Below, piece by piece: positions 9,905-22,100 of a stretch of 64,000 bases of DNA. The number at the start of each line of letters is the position of its first letter. Positions within the stretch are counted from its first letter, which is position 1. A program made the translations under genes and the position numbers. The notes beneath the pieces were generated by a model, which saw only the letters and a list, made by a program, of their open reading frames with translations, ran no database searches and had not been told where the DNA came from. The stretch is taken from positions 1-64,000 of the forward strand of contig JASBUG010000037.1 of assembly GCA_030148025.1 (NCBI GenBank), read 5' to 3'. This DNA is from Flavobacteriaceae bacterium. Lineage in GTDB: Bacteria > Bacteroidota > Bacteroidia > Flavobacteriales > Flavobacteriaceae.

Positions 9905-11044
9905 ATGAAGTTTAATACAAAGACAATACATGGAGGCCAAAAACACGATCCTGCTTATGGTGCGGTAATGCCACCAATATATCAAACATCAACGTATGCC
10001 CAAAGTACACCAGGAGGACATAAGGGATTTGAGTATTCTAGAACTCACAACCCAACCAGAAAAGCTTTAGAAAATGCTTTTGCAAGTATTGAAAATGCTA
10101 AATATGGATTGGCTTTCGGTTCTGGTTTAGCAGCGATTGATGCAGTGATAAAATTGTTAAGTCCTGGAGATGAGGTAATATCTACTAACGATCTTTATGG
10201 AGGAACGTATAGGCTATTTACTAAGGTTTTTGAAAAATTTGGCATTAAGTTTCATTTTATTGGTATGGATAATGCTGCAAATATTGAAGCATATATAAAT
10301 GAAAAGACCAAGCTTATTTGGGTTGAAACACCTACAAACCCAATGCTAAATATAATAGACATTAAGGCTGTTGCCAACGTAGCACAAAAACATGATGTAT
10401 TATTGGCTGTAGACAATACGTTTGCAACACCTTATTTACAACAACCTTTAGATCTAGGGGCAGATATTGTAATGCATTCAGCTACTAAATACCTTGGTGG
10501 CCATAGTGATGTGGTTATGGGAGCTTTAATGTTAAACAATGATGATATAGCTAAGAAATTACATTTTATTCAAAATGCTAGTGGTGCTATATGTGGTCCT
10601 CAAGATAGCTTTCTGGTGTTGCGAGGTATAAAAACGTTGCATGTTAGAATGCAACGACATTGCGAAAACGGTAAGGCTGTGGCAGAATTTTTAATGAAGC
10701 ATCCAAAAATTGAAAACGTATATTGGCCTGGGTTTGAAAACCATCCAAACCATGAGGTTGCTAGATCTCAAATGAAAGATTTTGGAGGTATGTTGTCTTT
10801 TACAACAAAAGGAAATGATTATGAAGCGTCTATTAAAATAGTAGAAAAACTAAAAATATTTACCCTAGCTGAGTCGTTAGGAGGTGTTGAGTCACTTTCT
10901 GGACATCCAGCAAGCATGACGCATGCAAGTATTCCTAAAGAAGAACGAGAAAAAATAGGTGTGGTAGATTCCTTAATTAGATTAAGTGTGGGAATTGAAG
11001 ATGAAGACGATTTAATTAATGATCTAAAGCAAGCACTAGGCTAA
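9905..11044 (+). CDS. Cys/Met-metabolism PLP-dependent enzyme (cystathionine gamma-synthase / beta-lyase / methionine gamma-lyase family)
   Basis: TKTIHGGQ N-terminus and the SATKYLGGHSD PLP-lysine region. Length 379 aa. Confidence 0.8.
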   Translation: MKFNTKTIHGGQKHDPAYGAVMPPIYQTSTYAQSTPGGHKGFEYSRTHNPTRKALENAFASIENAKYGLAFGSGLAAIDAVIKLLSPGDEVISTNDLYGGTYRLFTKVFEKFGIKFHFIGMDNAANIEAYINEKTKLIWVETPTNPMLNIIDIKAVANVAQKHDVLLAVDNTFATPYLQQPLDLGADIVMHSATKYLGGHSDVVMGALMLNNDDIAKKLHFIQNASGAICGPQDSFLVLRGIKTLHVRMQRHCENGKAVAEFLMKHPKIENVYWPGFENHPNHEVARSQMKDFGGMLSFTTKGNDYEASIKIVEKLKIFTLAESLGGVESLSGHPASMTHASIPKEEREKIGVVDSLIRLSVGIEDEDDLINDLKQALG

Positions 11045-11049
11045 AAATT

Positions 11050-11080
11050 AAAAAGAGTTCTTAAATATTCAAGAACTTTA
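11050..11080. terminator. Putative bidirectional hairpin between convergent genes
   Basis: An agttctt / aagaact stem flanked by A/T runs. Confidence 0.3.
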
Positions 11081-11866
11081 TTAATCTAAATAATAAATAT
11101 AACCTACGTTAAGCCATAATAACCAATCGTTATATTTATTGGACTCTAATTGATGATTAAGCCCATCTATCCAATCATTGAAGTAATATTGCCACCTAAG
11201 GTCTAACATTAGATCTGAGAGCTTGTTTAGTTTATATCTAACTCCAACACTGGCAACCATTGACCAGTCTCCAGTAGCTTTAGCATCTACCGATCCAGGA
11301 TCCCAGTCTGAGTAAAAGTTATTGGCATTTAATACGTCTCTGTCTCCATATGTTGTTTCTACACTTGGGGTAGAGTAGGTATAATGTACACCTAGACTAA
11401 TAAATGGAGCATATTTATAAGCAAATCCTTGAAAATCACGAATACTTCTAGGGAAGTATTCTATTTGAGTACCAATATCAAAATTTTCGGCATATCCAGA
11501 ATGAGCTCTTAACTTGTCAGCATCAGTTGTTGTGTTACTAGCAGCAACCCATTTACCTAAATGTTCTAATTTAGATTTATTATAAGATATTTCATTTCTA
11601 AGTTTAAAATGATCATTAAAGTAAGTGTCAGTTGTATAACAGTTACAATCTGCGCGATAAGCGAAATTAATATAGTGCACAATACCTATTCCATATCCTG
11701 AATTTCCTAAGTTGGTTTTTTCGCTAAATCTAACTCCGTAATCAGATCTAAATTCTACAGGTCCTGCAATAACACCTACCTCATGAGAGAAGCCTAGTTG
11801 AGGGAATGCTGTTTGCGTAACTGCTAAAAAGCAAAGGATTAAATATAATTGTTTAAGGTTAAGCAT
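11081..11866 (-). CDS. Putative outer-membrane beta-barrel protein
   Basis: Signal peptide (MLNLKQLYLILCFLAVTQTAFPQ). Rich in Y/G/W beta-strand character with an aromatic C-terminus. Confidence 0.4.
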   Translation of the reverse strand: MLNLKQLYLILCFLAVTQTAFPQLGFSHEVGVIAGPVEFRSDYGVRFSEKTNLGNSGYGIGIVHYINFAYRADCNCYTTDTYFNDHFKLRNEISYNKSKLEHLGKWVAASNTTTDADKLRAHSGYAENFDIGTQIEYFPRSIRDFQGFAYKYAPFISLGVHYTYSTPSVETTYGDRDVLNANNFYSDWDPGSVDAKATGDWSMVASVGVRYKLNKLSDLMLDLRWQYYFNDWIDGLNHQLESNKYNDWLLWLNVGYIYYLD

Positions 11867-12052
11867 AATATGGTTTAGTGTTTTTTGGGACACATTAACG
11901 AGGCAAATATATAAAACTTCGACGAAATAACAAAAAAATCCGATAAAATGCATTTTTTGACAGAAAACCCATCGAATACTAATAATAACTTCTATCTATA
12001 AAAAGATATTGCGAAATGATAAAAAAAAGGCAGTAGTTTTTAAAGATAACGT

Positions 12053-12060
12053 ATATTTGT
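12053..12060 (+). promoter_or_regulatory. Bacteroidetes sigma-A -7 element (TATATTTG) upstream of gdhA
   Basis: Matches the TAnnTTTG consensus. Lies 45 nt before the ATG. Confidence 0.3.
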
Positions 12061-12105
12061 CGTCATAAAAATTAGTAAAATTATTACTACTTCAAAATTT
12101 TATAG

Positions 12106-13449
<1,344 letters not shown>

Positions 13450-13471
13450 AAGCCACTATAAATTTAATAGA

Positions 13472-13503
13472 AAGCTCTCAAACTTTGTTTGGGAGCTTTT
13501 TTT
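13472..13503 (+). terminator. Rho-independent terminator
   Basis: An 11/12 bp stem (aagctctcaaac / gtttgggagctt) followed by TTTTTTT. Confidence 0.6.
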
Positions 13504-13545
13504 ATTATAATATATGATTTTAAAGTATTTGTCGTTAGTTATAAA

Positions 13546-13553
13546 TATATTTG
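13546..13553 (+). promoter_or_regulatory. Possible -7 element (TATATTTG), 19 nt before the ORF start
   Basis: TAnnTTTG match. The leader would be short. Confidence 0.2.
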
Positions 13554-13571
13554 AACGTTGAAAGTTACTGA

Positions 13572-15923
13572 ATGAAAAGGAAAATTACACTTATAATAGT
13601 TGCGGTATTATATTTTAACTTAATAACAGCACAAGATTTTTCTGCTCTTTGGGAAGGGCATTTTTCATACTTAAACATAAAGGATGTTGTTGAAGGAGAT
13701 AATAAAATATATGCAGCCTCAGAGAATGTTGTTTTTAGCTATGATACCCTAACAAATGAAATGTCAAAAATTTCAACGGTTGAAGGCTTATCAGGCGATC
13801 CTATTTCTACTATTTATTATAGTGAAGCATTCAAGTTTTTGGTTATTGGTTACGAAAATGGACTAGTTGAAATATTTAATACATTAACAGATGAGGTTAC
13901 CACTATAGTAGATATTCTGGATAAGCAAACAATTCCTCCTGGGAGTAAAAGAATTAATCACTTTAATGAAGCTTCTGAAAAAATTTATATATCTGCTGAT
14001 TTTGGAATATCTGTATACGATTTAACAAGACTTGAATTCGGAGATACATATTATATTGGCACCTTAGGAAATCAAATAAAAGTTAGTCAAACTACAATTT
14101 TTGGAGATTATATTTATGCTGCATGTGAAAATAGTGAAGGCATAAAAAGAGGATCGTTAAGTAGTAATAACCTAATAGATTATCAGGAATGGGAACAAAT
14201 AACAACAGGAAACTTTCTAGGGATTGAAACCTTAGAAAATAAGTTGTACTGTACCTCTACTAATAATAGAATCTTTGAAATTAACGGGACTATTTTAACA
14301 CAACTATTTCACTATTCTAGCCAGCCACTAGACCTAAAAAGCGCAAATAATATGCTGGTGGTATCAACTAGAGATAATGTGTATGTTTACGACTCCAGCT
14401 TTAATTTATTAGCAAACCCTACAGTAACTAGCGAATACAATACAACTTTTACTTCGGCCACTGCTATTGATGAAGATATTTATATTGGATCTAATGGTTA
14501 TGGCGTTTTAAAAACTACCCAAACAGATATAACTTCTTTTGACGAAATTCACCCTGATGGACCGTTAAGAAATAATGTATTTTCAGTAAAGGCAGGTTTT
14601 GGTAATGTGTGGGTGTCATATGGAGATTTCACGTTGAATTATGATCCAAGCCCATTTAGAAGCTATGGCGTAAGTCAATTTTATGATGGAGAATGGAACA
14701 ATATACCATACGATAGTGTTTTTGGATTGCGAAATTTAAATGCAATTTCAATAAACCCAACAAACCCTCAACAGGTTTTTATTAGTTCTTTCCACGATGG
14801 AATGTTAGAAATAAATAATGGAGAACCTACACAAAGGCTAGATGAAACTAATAGTGGGTTAGAGTCTTTATTTTTAGACTTTGCTCCCAACTATAAAAGC
14901 ATACGTGTATCTGGAACGGAGTTTGATAATAATGGACTACTATGGTCTATTACATCATTAATTGAAAAACCTTTGAAGTCTTTCGATCCTAGTTCGAATC
15001 AGTGGAGAAGTTATGATTTCTCAGATTTGATACCACATCCAATATATGATAATATTGGATTTCAAGAGCTTGCAATCTCACCTTCAGGAACAGTTTTTGT
15101 TGCATCTTTTTCTCATGGCGTTATTGGTTTTTCTGAAAATGGAGGAAATCAACTATTAAAAAGTGTAAGAGAAGGTGAAGGAAATCTTCCTGTTAAAACG
15201 GTTAGAGCCATTGCACTGGATAGAAGAAACCAATTGTGGATTGGTACAGATATTGGCTTAAGAGTTCTCTATAATACCAGTGGATTTTTCACAGACGATG
15301 CTGTAACAACAGAATCTATTGTCATTCTTGAAGATGGAATTCCTAAAGAATTGCTAGAAGAGCAATTTATATCAGATATAAAAGTAGATGGATCAAACAA
15401 TAAATGGATTGGCACTATAGGCGCAGGATTGTTCTATTTTTCTTCAGATGGACAACAAACCATTTATCATTTTACAAAAGATAATTCTCCATTACCTTCA
15501 AATAATATAAACGACCTAAGTATTGATGATACTAATGGTATTGTTTACATAGCAACAGATAGAGGGTTATTATCTTTTAGGTCTGGAGGGTCATCACCAA
15601 CAGACGAATTAACAGAGGCTTATATTTATCCAAACCCTGTAAGACCAGGATTTGATGCCGTATCTCAAAAAATTAAAATAAAAGATATTACAGACAATGT
15701 AAACATCAAAATTACCGATATAGAAGGAAATTTAGTGGCCGAGGCACAATCAAGAACCAATTTACGACACAGAGGTTATAATCTTGAAATTGATGGAGGA
15801 ACTGCATACTGGAATGGGAAAAATATGGCTAACAATAAGGTAGCTTCTGGTGTTTACCTTGTAATGCTTTCTGATTTAGACACACTCGAAACCAAAGTTT
15901 TAAAATTAATGATAGTCAGATAA
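13572..15923 (+). CDS. Secreted two-propeller (two-component-regulator propeller type) protein with a T9SS C-terminal sorting domain; PorZ-like
   Basis: Signal peptide, Reg_prop-like repeats (e.g. IATDRGLLSFRSG) and a C-terminal T9SS type-A CTD (GVYLVMLSD...KVLKLMIVR). Length 783 aa, similar to PorZ-class proteins. Confidence 0.4.
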   Translation: MKRKITLIIVAVLYFNLITAQDFSALWEGHFSYLNIKDVVEGDNKIYAASENVVFSYDTLTNEMSKISTVEGLSGDPISTIYYSEAFKFLVIGYENGLVEIFNTLTDEVTTIVDILDKQTIPPGSKRINHFNEASEKIYISADFGISVYDLTRLEFGDTYYIGTLGNQIKVSQTTIFGDYIYAACENSEGIKRGSLSSNNLIDYQEWEQITTGNFLGIETLENKLYCTSTNNRIFEINGTILTQLFHYSSQPLDLKSANNMLVVSTRDNVYVYDSSFNLLANPTVTSEYNTTFTSATAIDEDIYIGSNGYGVLKTTQTDITSFDEIHPDGPLRNNVFSVKAGFGNVWVSYGDFTLNYDPSPFRSYGVSQFYDGEWNNIPYDSVFGLRNLNAISINPTNPQQVFISSFHDGMLEINNGEPTQRLDETNSGLESLFLDFAPNYKSIRVSGTEFDNNGLLWSITSLIEKPLKSFDPSSNQWRSYDFSDLIPHPIYDNIGFQELAISPSGTVFVASFSHGVIGFSENGGNQLLKSVREGEGNLPVKTVRAIALDRRNQLWIGTDIGLRVLYNTSGFFTDDAVTTESIVILEDGIPKELLEEQFISDIKVDGSNNKWIGTIGAGLFYFSSDGQQTIYHFTKDNSPLPSNNINDLSIDDTNGIVYIATDRGLLSFRSGGSSPTDELTEAYIYPNPVRPGFDAVSQKIKIKDITDNVNIKITDIEGNLVAEAQSRTNLRHRGYNLEIDGGTAYWNGKNMANNKVASGVYLVMLSDLDTLETKVLKLMIVR

Positions 15924-16642
15924 TGCTCATTACAACAAAAGCAATTGTTCTATCTAAATTAAAATATAAAGATTACGATCTTATTGTTAAGTGTTTTACT
16001 GAAGAAAAAGGAGTCGTGTCTTATCTTATTAAAAATGCTTTAAAATCGAAAAAAGGAAAATTTAGACCTGCATACTTTCAACCCTTAAGCATTCTTGACC
16101 TTGAAACCGATTACAAAGACAAAAGGTCACTTCAGTATATCAAGGAAGTGAAGTTAAATTTTAATTACACAACATTATATACTAATGTAATTAAGAGTAC
16201 TATTGCTATGTTTTTGTCTGAAGTTCTTACAAATGTTTTAGTTGAAGAAGAACAAAATATACAATTGTATAATTTTCTTGAAACAACAATGATATGGTTT
16301 GACGAAACCGAAGTTAACACAAATTTCCACCTTATATTTCTAATAGAACTAACTAAATATCTAGGGTTTTATCCTGAGCCACCAATAAAGGATGCCAATT
16401 ATTTTAATTTAGAAGATGGAAAGTTTCAATTAAAAGAATCTGGGATTTACTGTATTAAAGGTGAAAATTTAACACTCTTTAAAGAGCTGTTGGGTACAAA
16501 ATTTGATGATCGTAAACAAATAGTAGTTAACACTACCCAAAAACGTGAGTTTTTGAGTATGATTTTACTCTATTTTAAGTTACATTTGGACGGTTTTAAG
16601 CAACCTAAATCTGTAACAGTTTTAAATCAAGTTTTTAGCTAA
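15923..16642 (+). CDS. recO: DNA repair protein RecO
   Basis: 239 aa with a RecO-like N-terminal OB region (ITTKAIVLSKLKYKDYDLIV). Its start overlaps the upstream stop by 1 nt. Confidence 0.7.
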   Translation: MLITTKAIVLSKLKYKDYDLIVKCFTEEKGVVSYLIKNALKSKKGKFRPAYFQPLSILDLETDYKDKRSLQYIKEVKLNFNYTTLYTNVIKSTIAMFLSEVLTNVLVEEEQNIQLYNFLETTMIWFDETEVNTNFHLIFLIELTKYLGFYPEPPIKDANYFNLEDGKFQLKESGIYCIKGENLTLFKELLGTKFDDRKQIVVNTTQKREFLSMILLYFKLHLDGFKQPKSVTVLNQVFS

Positions 16643-16645
16643 TTT

Positions 16646-19045
16646 ATGAAGCACTTTTTGTTGTGTCTTTTTGTATTATCATGCGTCGTTTCTACTGCGC
16701 AAGAAGTTTTGGTTTTGGATGCGTCTTCAAAAGAACCTATTCCAGGTGTTGCCGTATTTAACAGTTCTAAAACAAAAAGTACAGTATCTAGTATTGATGG
16801 AAAGGTTGACTTAAATGGTTTTTCTGAAAATGAGCGTGTTATTTTTCAACATATAACACATATTAGAACTGTTTTAGTGAAATCGCAAATCCCAAAGGTT
16901 TTGTATTTAAGACCAAAAGCTCAAGATTTAAACGAGATTGTGATTTCGGCCTCCAAATTTGAACAGACCAAAAGAGAAGTTCCGCAAAAAATTCTAAGTA
17001 TTAAAGAAGCAGATATCGTGCTTTCCAATCCACAAACAAGTGCCGATCTGCTTAAAAATGGAGGTCAGGTATTTATACAGAAAAGTCAGTTGGGTGGCGG
17101 GAGCCCTTTAATTAGAGGCTTCTCGACAAATAGGCTATTGTTGTCTGTAGATGATGTGAGAATGAATACCGCTATATTTAGAGGCGGAAATGTGCAAAAT
17201 ATTATTTCTATAGATCCTTTTGCTGTACAAAACACAGAAGTCATATTAGGCTCTGGATCTGTTATTTATGGTAGTGATGCCATAGGAGGTGTCATGAATT
17301 TTTACACTAAAAAACCAGTACTATCTAGTTCCGATTCCTTGTCTTTTAATTTAAACTCAATTGTTAGATATGCTAGTGCATCAAATGAAAAGACAGGGCA
17401 TATTGATTTCAATATCGGATTAAAAAAATGGGCATTCTTAACCAGTGTTAGCTATACCGATTTTGAAGATTTAAAAATGGGGAAATATGGCTCTGACGAT
17501 TATTTACGCCCAGAGTATGTACAAACATCAAACGGTGTTGATGTCATTGTAAAAAACAACAACCCAAGAGTTCAAAGATTTACTGGATATAATCAAATTA
17601 ACTTTTTAGAAAAGATACATTATCAAGCAGATGATAAATTAGGGTTCGACTTAGGATTACATTATTCTAAAACATCAGATTATCCTAGATATGATAGATT
17701 GATTAGGTATGATGACGACCAATTACGATCTGCCGAATGGTATTATGGACCGCAAAAATGGTTTATGGGTAACCTAAAGATGACGGTGTTAAGTAGTAAC
17801 TCTAATATTTATGATAAAATAAAGGTCACTGCTGCATATCAAAACTTTCAAGAAAGCAGAATTGATAGGAATTTAAGTTCAGTTGATAGACGTATTAGAG
17901 AAGAAAATGTAGATGTTATTACAGCAAACATTGATTTTGAAAGGGCACTATCTGATAAAACAAAAGTGTTTTACGGTGCAGAATATATTTATAACTCAGT
18001 TGGATCTGATGGTAAGCAGGTTGATATAAATACCAATGCTACTGAAGCTATTGCATCTCGATATCCTGATGGCGCAACATGGCAATCTACAGCGGCATAT
18101 TTAAGTTATAAATACAGACCTAATAAGAAGTTCACTTTTCAATCTGGTATTCGATTTAACCATATTTCTATAAAGGCAAACTTAGAAGAGAATAATGAGT
18201 TTTTAAACCTACCTTTCAATAAGGCTAATATAAATACAGGAGCTTTTACAGGAACGGCAGGAATTAATTGGTCTCCTAATGAAACCTTACTTTGGAAGTT
18301 TAATGCTTCTACGGCATTTAGAGCCCCAAATATTGATGATATAGGAAAGGTTTTTGATTCAGAGCCGGGTTCGGTGGTTGTACCTAATACCGATTTGAAA
18401 CCAGAATATGCCTATGGTGCTGAACTAGGGTTGGTGTTAAACTTCAATAATGATGTTGTATTCGATTTGTCAACATATTATACCTACTTAAACAATGCTT
18501 TAGTGCGCAGAGATTTTAGTATTAATGGCCAAACAGAAATGATATATGATGGTGAGTTAAGCAATATTCAAGCCATACAAAATGCCTCTAAAGCATGGAT
18601 ATATGGATTTGAAGCAGGTGTGAAAGTTAATTTTAACGAACACTTAAAACTAACATCTCAATATAGTGTTGTAGGAGGTACTGAAGAAGACCAAAATGGT
18701 ATTGAGGTACCTGTTAGGCATGTAGCTCCAAGTTTTGGTAATACACATTTAATTTGGACAAATAATAAGCTAAAGTTTGATGCTTTTGTGGAGTACAATG
18801 GAACCTTGTCAAATAATCAATTAGCCGCATCATTAGCCGAGTATATTTTTGCAAAAGACAAGAATGGAAATCCATATTCACCATCGTGGTATACGTTAAA
18901 TCTTAGGTCTCAATATCAGCTTAACGATACTACATCAGTTACACTCGGCATTGAAAATATTACAGATCAAAGATATCGACCATATGCTTCTGGAATAGCT
19001 GCTCCAGGCTTAAATGTAATAACATCTTTAAAATATACTTTATAA
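16646..19045 (+). CDS. TonB-dependent outer-membrane receptor (possibly haem-type; a FRAP motif is present)
   Basis: Signal peptide, CarboxypepD_reg-like N-terminus, plug and barrel. The FRAPNIDD motif is suggestive only. Confidence 0.6.
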   Translation: MKHFLLCLFVLSCVVSTAQEVLVLDASSKEPIPGVAVFNSSKTKSTVSSIDGKVDLNGFSENERVIFQHITHIRTVLVKSQIPKVLYLRPKAQDLNEIVISASKFEQTKREVPQKILSIKEADIVLSNPQTSADLLKNGGQVFIQKSQLGGGSPLIRGFSTNRLLLSVDDVRMNTAIFRGGNVQNIISIDPFAVQNTEVILGSGSVIYGSDAIGGVMNFYTKKPVLSSSDSLSFNLNSIVRYASASNEKTGHIDFNIGLKKWAFLTSVSYTDFEDLKMGKYGSDDYLRPEYVQTSNGVDVIVKNNNPRVQRFTGYNQINFLEKIHYQADDKLGFDLGLHYSKTSDYPRYDRLIRYDDDQLRSAEWYYGPQKWFMGNLKMTVLSSNSNIYDKIKVTAAYQNFQESRIDRNLSSVDRRIREENVDVITANIDFERALSDKTKVFYGAEYIYNSVGSDGKQVDINTNATEAIASRYPDGATWQSTAAYLSYKYRPNKKFTFQSGIRFNHISIKANLEENNEFLNLPFNKANINTGAFTGTAGINWSPNETLLWKFNASTAFRAPNIDDIGKVFDSEPGSVVVPNTDLKPEYAYGAELGLVLNFNNDVVFDLSTYYTYLNNALVRRDFSINGQTEMIYDGELSNIQAIQNASKAWIYGFEAGVKVNFNEHLKLTSQYSVVGGTEEDQNGIEVPVRHVAPSFGNTHLIWTNNKLKFDAFVEYNGTLSNNQLAASLAEYIFAKDKNGNPYSPSWYTLNLRSQYQLNDTTSVTLGIENITDQRYRPYASGIAAPGLNVITSLKYTL

Positions 19046-19063
19046 CAATTTAATTATATAAAT

Positions 19064-19100
19064 AAAAAAAGGGAGGTATAATAATTACCTCCCTTTTTTA
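19064..19100. terminator. Bidirectional rho-independent terminator
   Basis: A gggaggta / tacctccc stem flanked by an A run and a T run. It sits between convergent genes. Confidence 0.7.
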
Positions 19101-19117
19101 CTGTTGTCTTCTATATA

Positions 19118-22100
19118 TTAATATCGTTTAATGGCCTTTTTAGTTATAGTATGGCCACTACTTAAAGTAACTTGAGCTATATAAGGAGCTTGATTTAAGT
19201 TATCTAAACGATAAGACTCCTTATTTTTTGATGCATTTAAATTATAGACCAAACGTCCTTGAATATCTATAATTTTAATAGAAGCCATAGTGTCATTACC
19301 AGAGAAATTAAATTCTACTAATCCATTAGAGTACTCTATTATTGATAAGTCTTTTTCGTTGATTACAGTTTCATTTAATGATAAAGCTTCATCACTAAAC
19401 CCTATTTCAAATCGTTCGTTAAATTCTCCAATTTCTGAAGTAAAGTTATAATCACTCTCTTTTAAATTATGGAGTTTATTTAAAAGATTATCTTTTAAAT
19501 AAATAGGGTTATCTGCTAAAAACGTTCCTTCAAATTGTTGAGCAGAAATAGTGAAAATTGTTGGTTCATCAATTTTTGTAGAATACCCAATTTTAATAAT
19601 TTCATCTTTATTAATGCTATTTATTTCCTTTCCTTGAATTGCAAATTTGTGAGGAACATCATCAATTATTGAATAAAAAACTGCAGAAGCATCTACCGAT
19701 AAATTTTTTCTGGTGTCATAGGCCATACCATCATCAGCATTTGTTGCGCCTTTTGCGTAGGCAACTAGAATTTGATTAAATACTCCATTGTCAGATGTTA
19801 AGTTTAACCACAACTTATTTTCATTTCCTTTAGAGGTAGTCGCGCTATTACCAGATGTTCTAAAAAAAGTATCATTATTTCCTGTAACTCTCATAGAGTT
19901 ATTAAATATCACTTGTCCTTGGCTTATATCACCAACAGTTGAATCTGGAGTTGCTGCATCAGAATAAACAACAAAGAAACCTTGACCAGATGGAATAAAA
20001 CGAGAAGGAGTAGTACCATCGCCTCCAGCTGTTTGACCAATTGCATTTATAACAGCATAATCAGTACCTGCAAAGTTTAGATTTTCGTTACCATTTGCTG
20101 TAGACGACGGAGCAGTATTTTGAGACCATAAAAATATAGCACCATCTAAGGCGGCATTGTGAGCAACATCTGTAGCAATAATACTATTTGCAGCTAAAAA
20201 AGCATCAGCATCTATAGCAGAGGGATATGGATTACCAATAAAATTCCAGTTATTATCGTTTAACTCAGAATCATTTCTATAAACAGGAACAGTATAAATT
20301 CCATTATTAAATGGACCTTCAAAAATATATTGATATCTTGCTGGGAAAAAGAAAAAAGCTTGTGAGTGCGTTGCTGCATAACCAACACCAGGAGCCATAA
20401 CTGTTCCGTCACCAACAAAAGTCCAATCATCACCATTATCGTCAATATCGTCTACGCCACCTCCAGCAATTTGGGTACCGTCATTATTATTCTCATAAAA
20501 AGCATCTAAGAAATTAGCACCATTAAATAAAAAGCGTCTATCTCCTTGAGATTCAAATAGTCCACCACCTATGGTTTCACCGCTAACAGGAGAACTCCAA
20601 TATGTGTACTCATACCATTGATTTAAAAATCCAGTTTCTTTTACTACTTGAATTAAGCCATTTTCAGTAACTGTAGCATTATTGTTGTTTTGTACAACGG
20701 CACCTTCAGGATTAACAATTATAGTACCATCAACGGTAATATCGTTTTCTACTTCAACAAAATCATTATTTCCTATTGTTAATGTGTTCCCTGCATTTAC
20801 AGTAAGACTACAAGCATTGAAACTTCCTCCGTTAATTCCAGTATTATAAGGCGCATCAATTATAACTGCTGTAGTTGAATCAGGAGCACCACTCCAAGCA
20901 CCATTCCACGTTACTGTAGAGGTACATGTCATAGAGGTTGAAATACAGATATTGTCAAAAACACCTGTGGCATTTGCATTTGTACCATGATTATATACAG
21001 CTGCAATATAATCTAAAGAAGTTCCAGTAAAAGCTGCATCAACTACTGTACCTTGCGAATCACCAGCTCCTAAAGAAACGGGACTGCTAAATGAACCACC
21101 ATCATCTCTAACAAATAGCTCCCAAGTGTCTGTTGCAGGATCATAAGTAACACGTATACTTAAATATTCGTTTCCATAATCTGTTGCTCCTGTAATTATA
21201 GGGTTTAAATTACCATTAAGGTCTAGCCCGTTAGTATAACTTACTAATCGAACTCTGTCATCTGTACCTCCTTGTCCAAGAGTCACGGCATAACCATTAC
21301 CTTCTGTTAAGTCAGAATTAGAAGCCCCTAAAACAAAAGCAATTCCGTAACCACTGCTATTAAATCCAGAAGGATTTCCTCTATTTTGACGCATGTTAAA
21401 TTCCCAAGAAATAACGTTAGATAGAGTATTTAAATACGAATTATAAGTTCCAGTAATGTCTTGATATAAATAATCGAAACCGACGGAAGAGTTCGTTACA
21501 AAAGTTAATCGCTCATCAACATGAGAAGAATTGCCACCAACATCAGTCCATTCAGCTCCTATAGTTGCACTGCTAAAATTGTCAGAGATATTACATCCAA
21601 TACCAGTTGTTGAAGAGATACTACCATGAATCACGATATTATCACCAGGTCCTTCAATTCGACCAGTCCCTCCAACGGTTTCAGCATATCCATAAAGCCT
21701 ATATGTAACAGCAACAGCACTTGACGCCTGAGAAACATTAAATGAAATTACTTGTGTGCCACCAATATCTGCAATAGCCTTTTCACCATCTATGTTTGTT
21801 GCGTAGCCATCTATAGAACTTCTTAAGGCTATTCCAGCAAAACCAGCACCACTTCTTTGAATATCAAAAATAATGGTTGAAATTTCAAATTCATAACCAG
21901 CATTTGGAGTTATCGTAAATTCCATATAGTCATTACCTGCAACAGCATTTGCAATACTTGTAACAGCCCAATTATTAGCACTAAAACTATTAAGATTAGT
22001 ATTAGCGACCAATCCAGCTCCTCTAGTAATTGTAGAAACACCTAATGCTGCGTCGTTAAAATTAGAATTAGCAGACACTTCGTCTCCTAAAGCACCTTGA

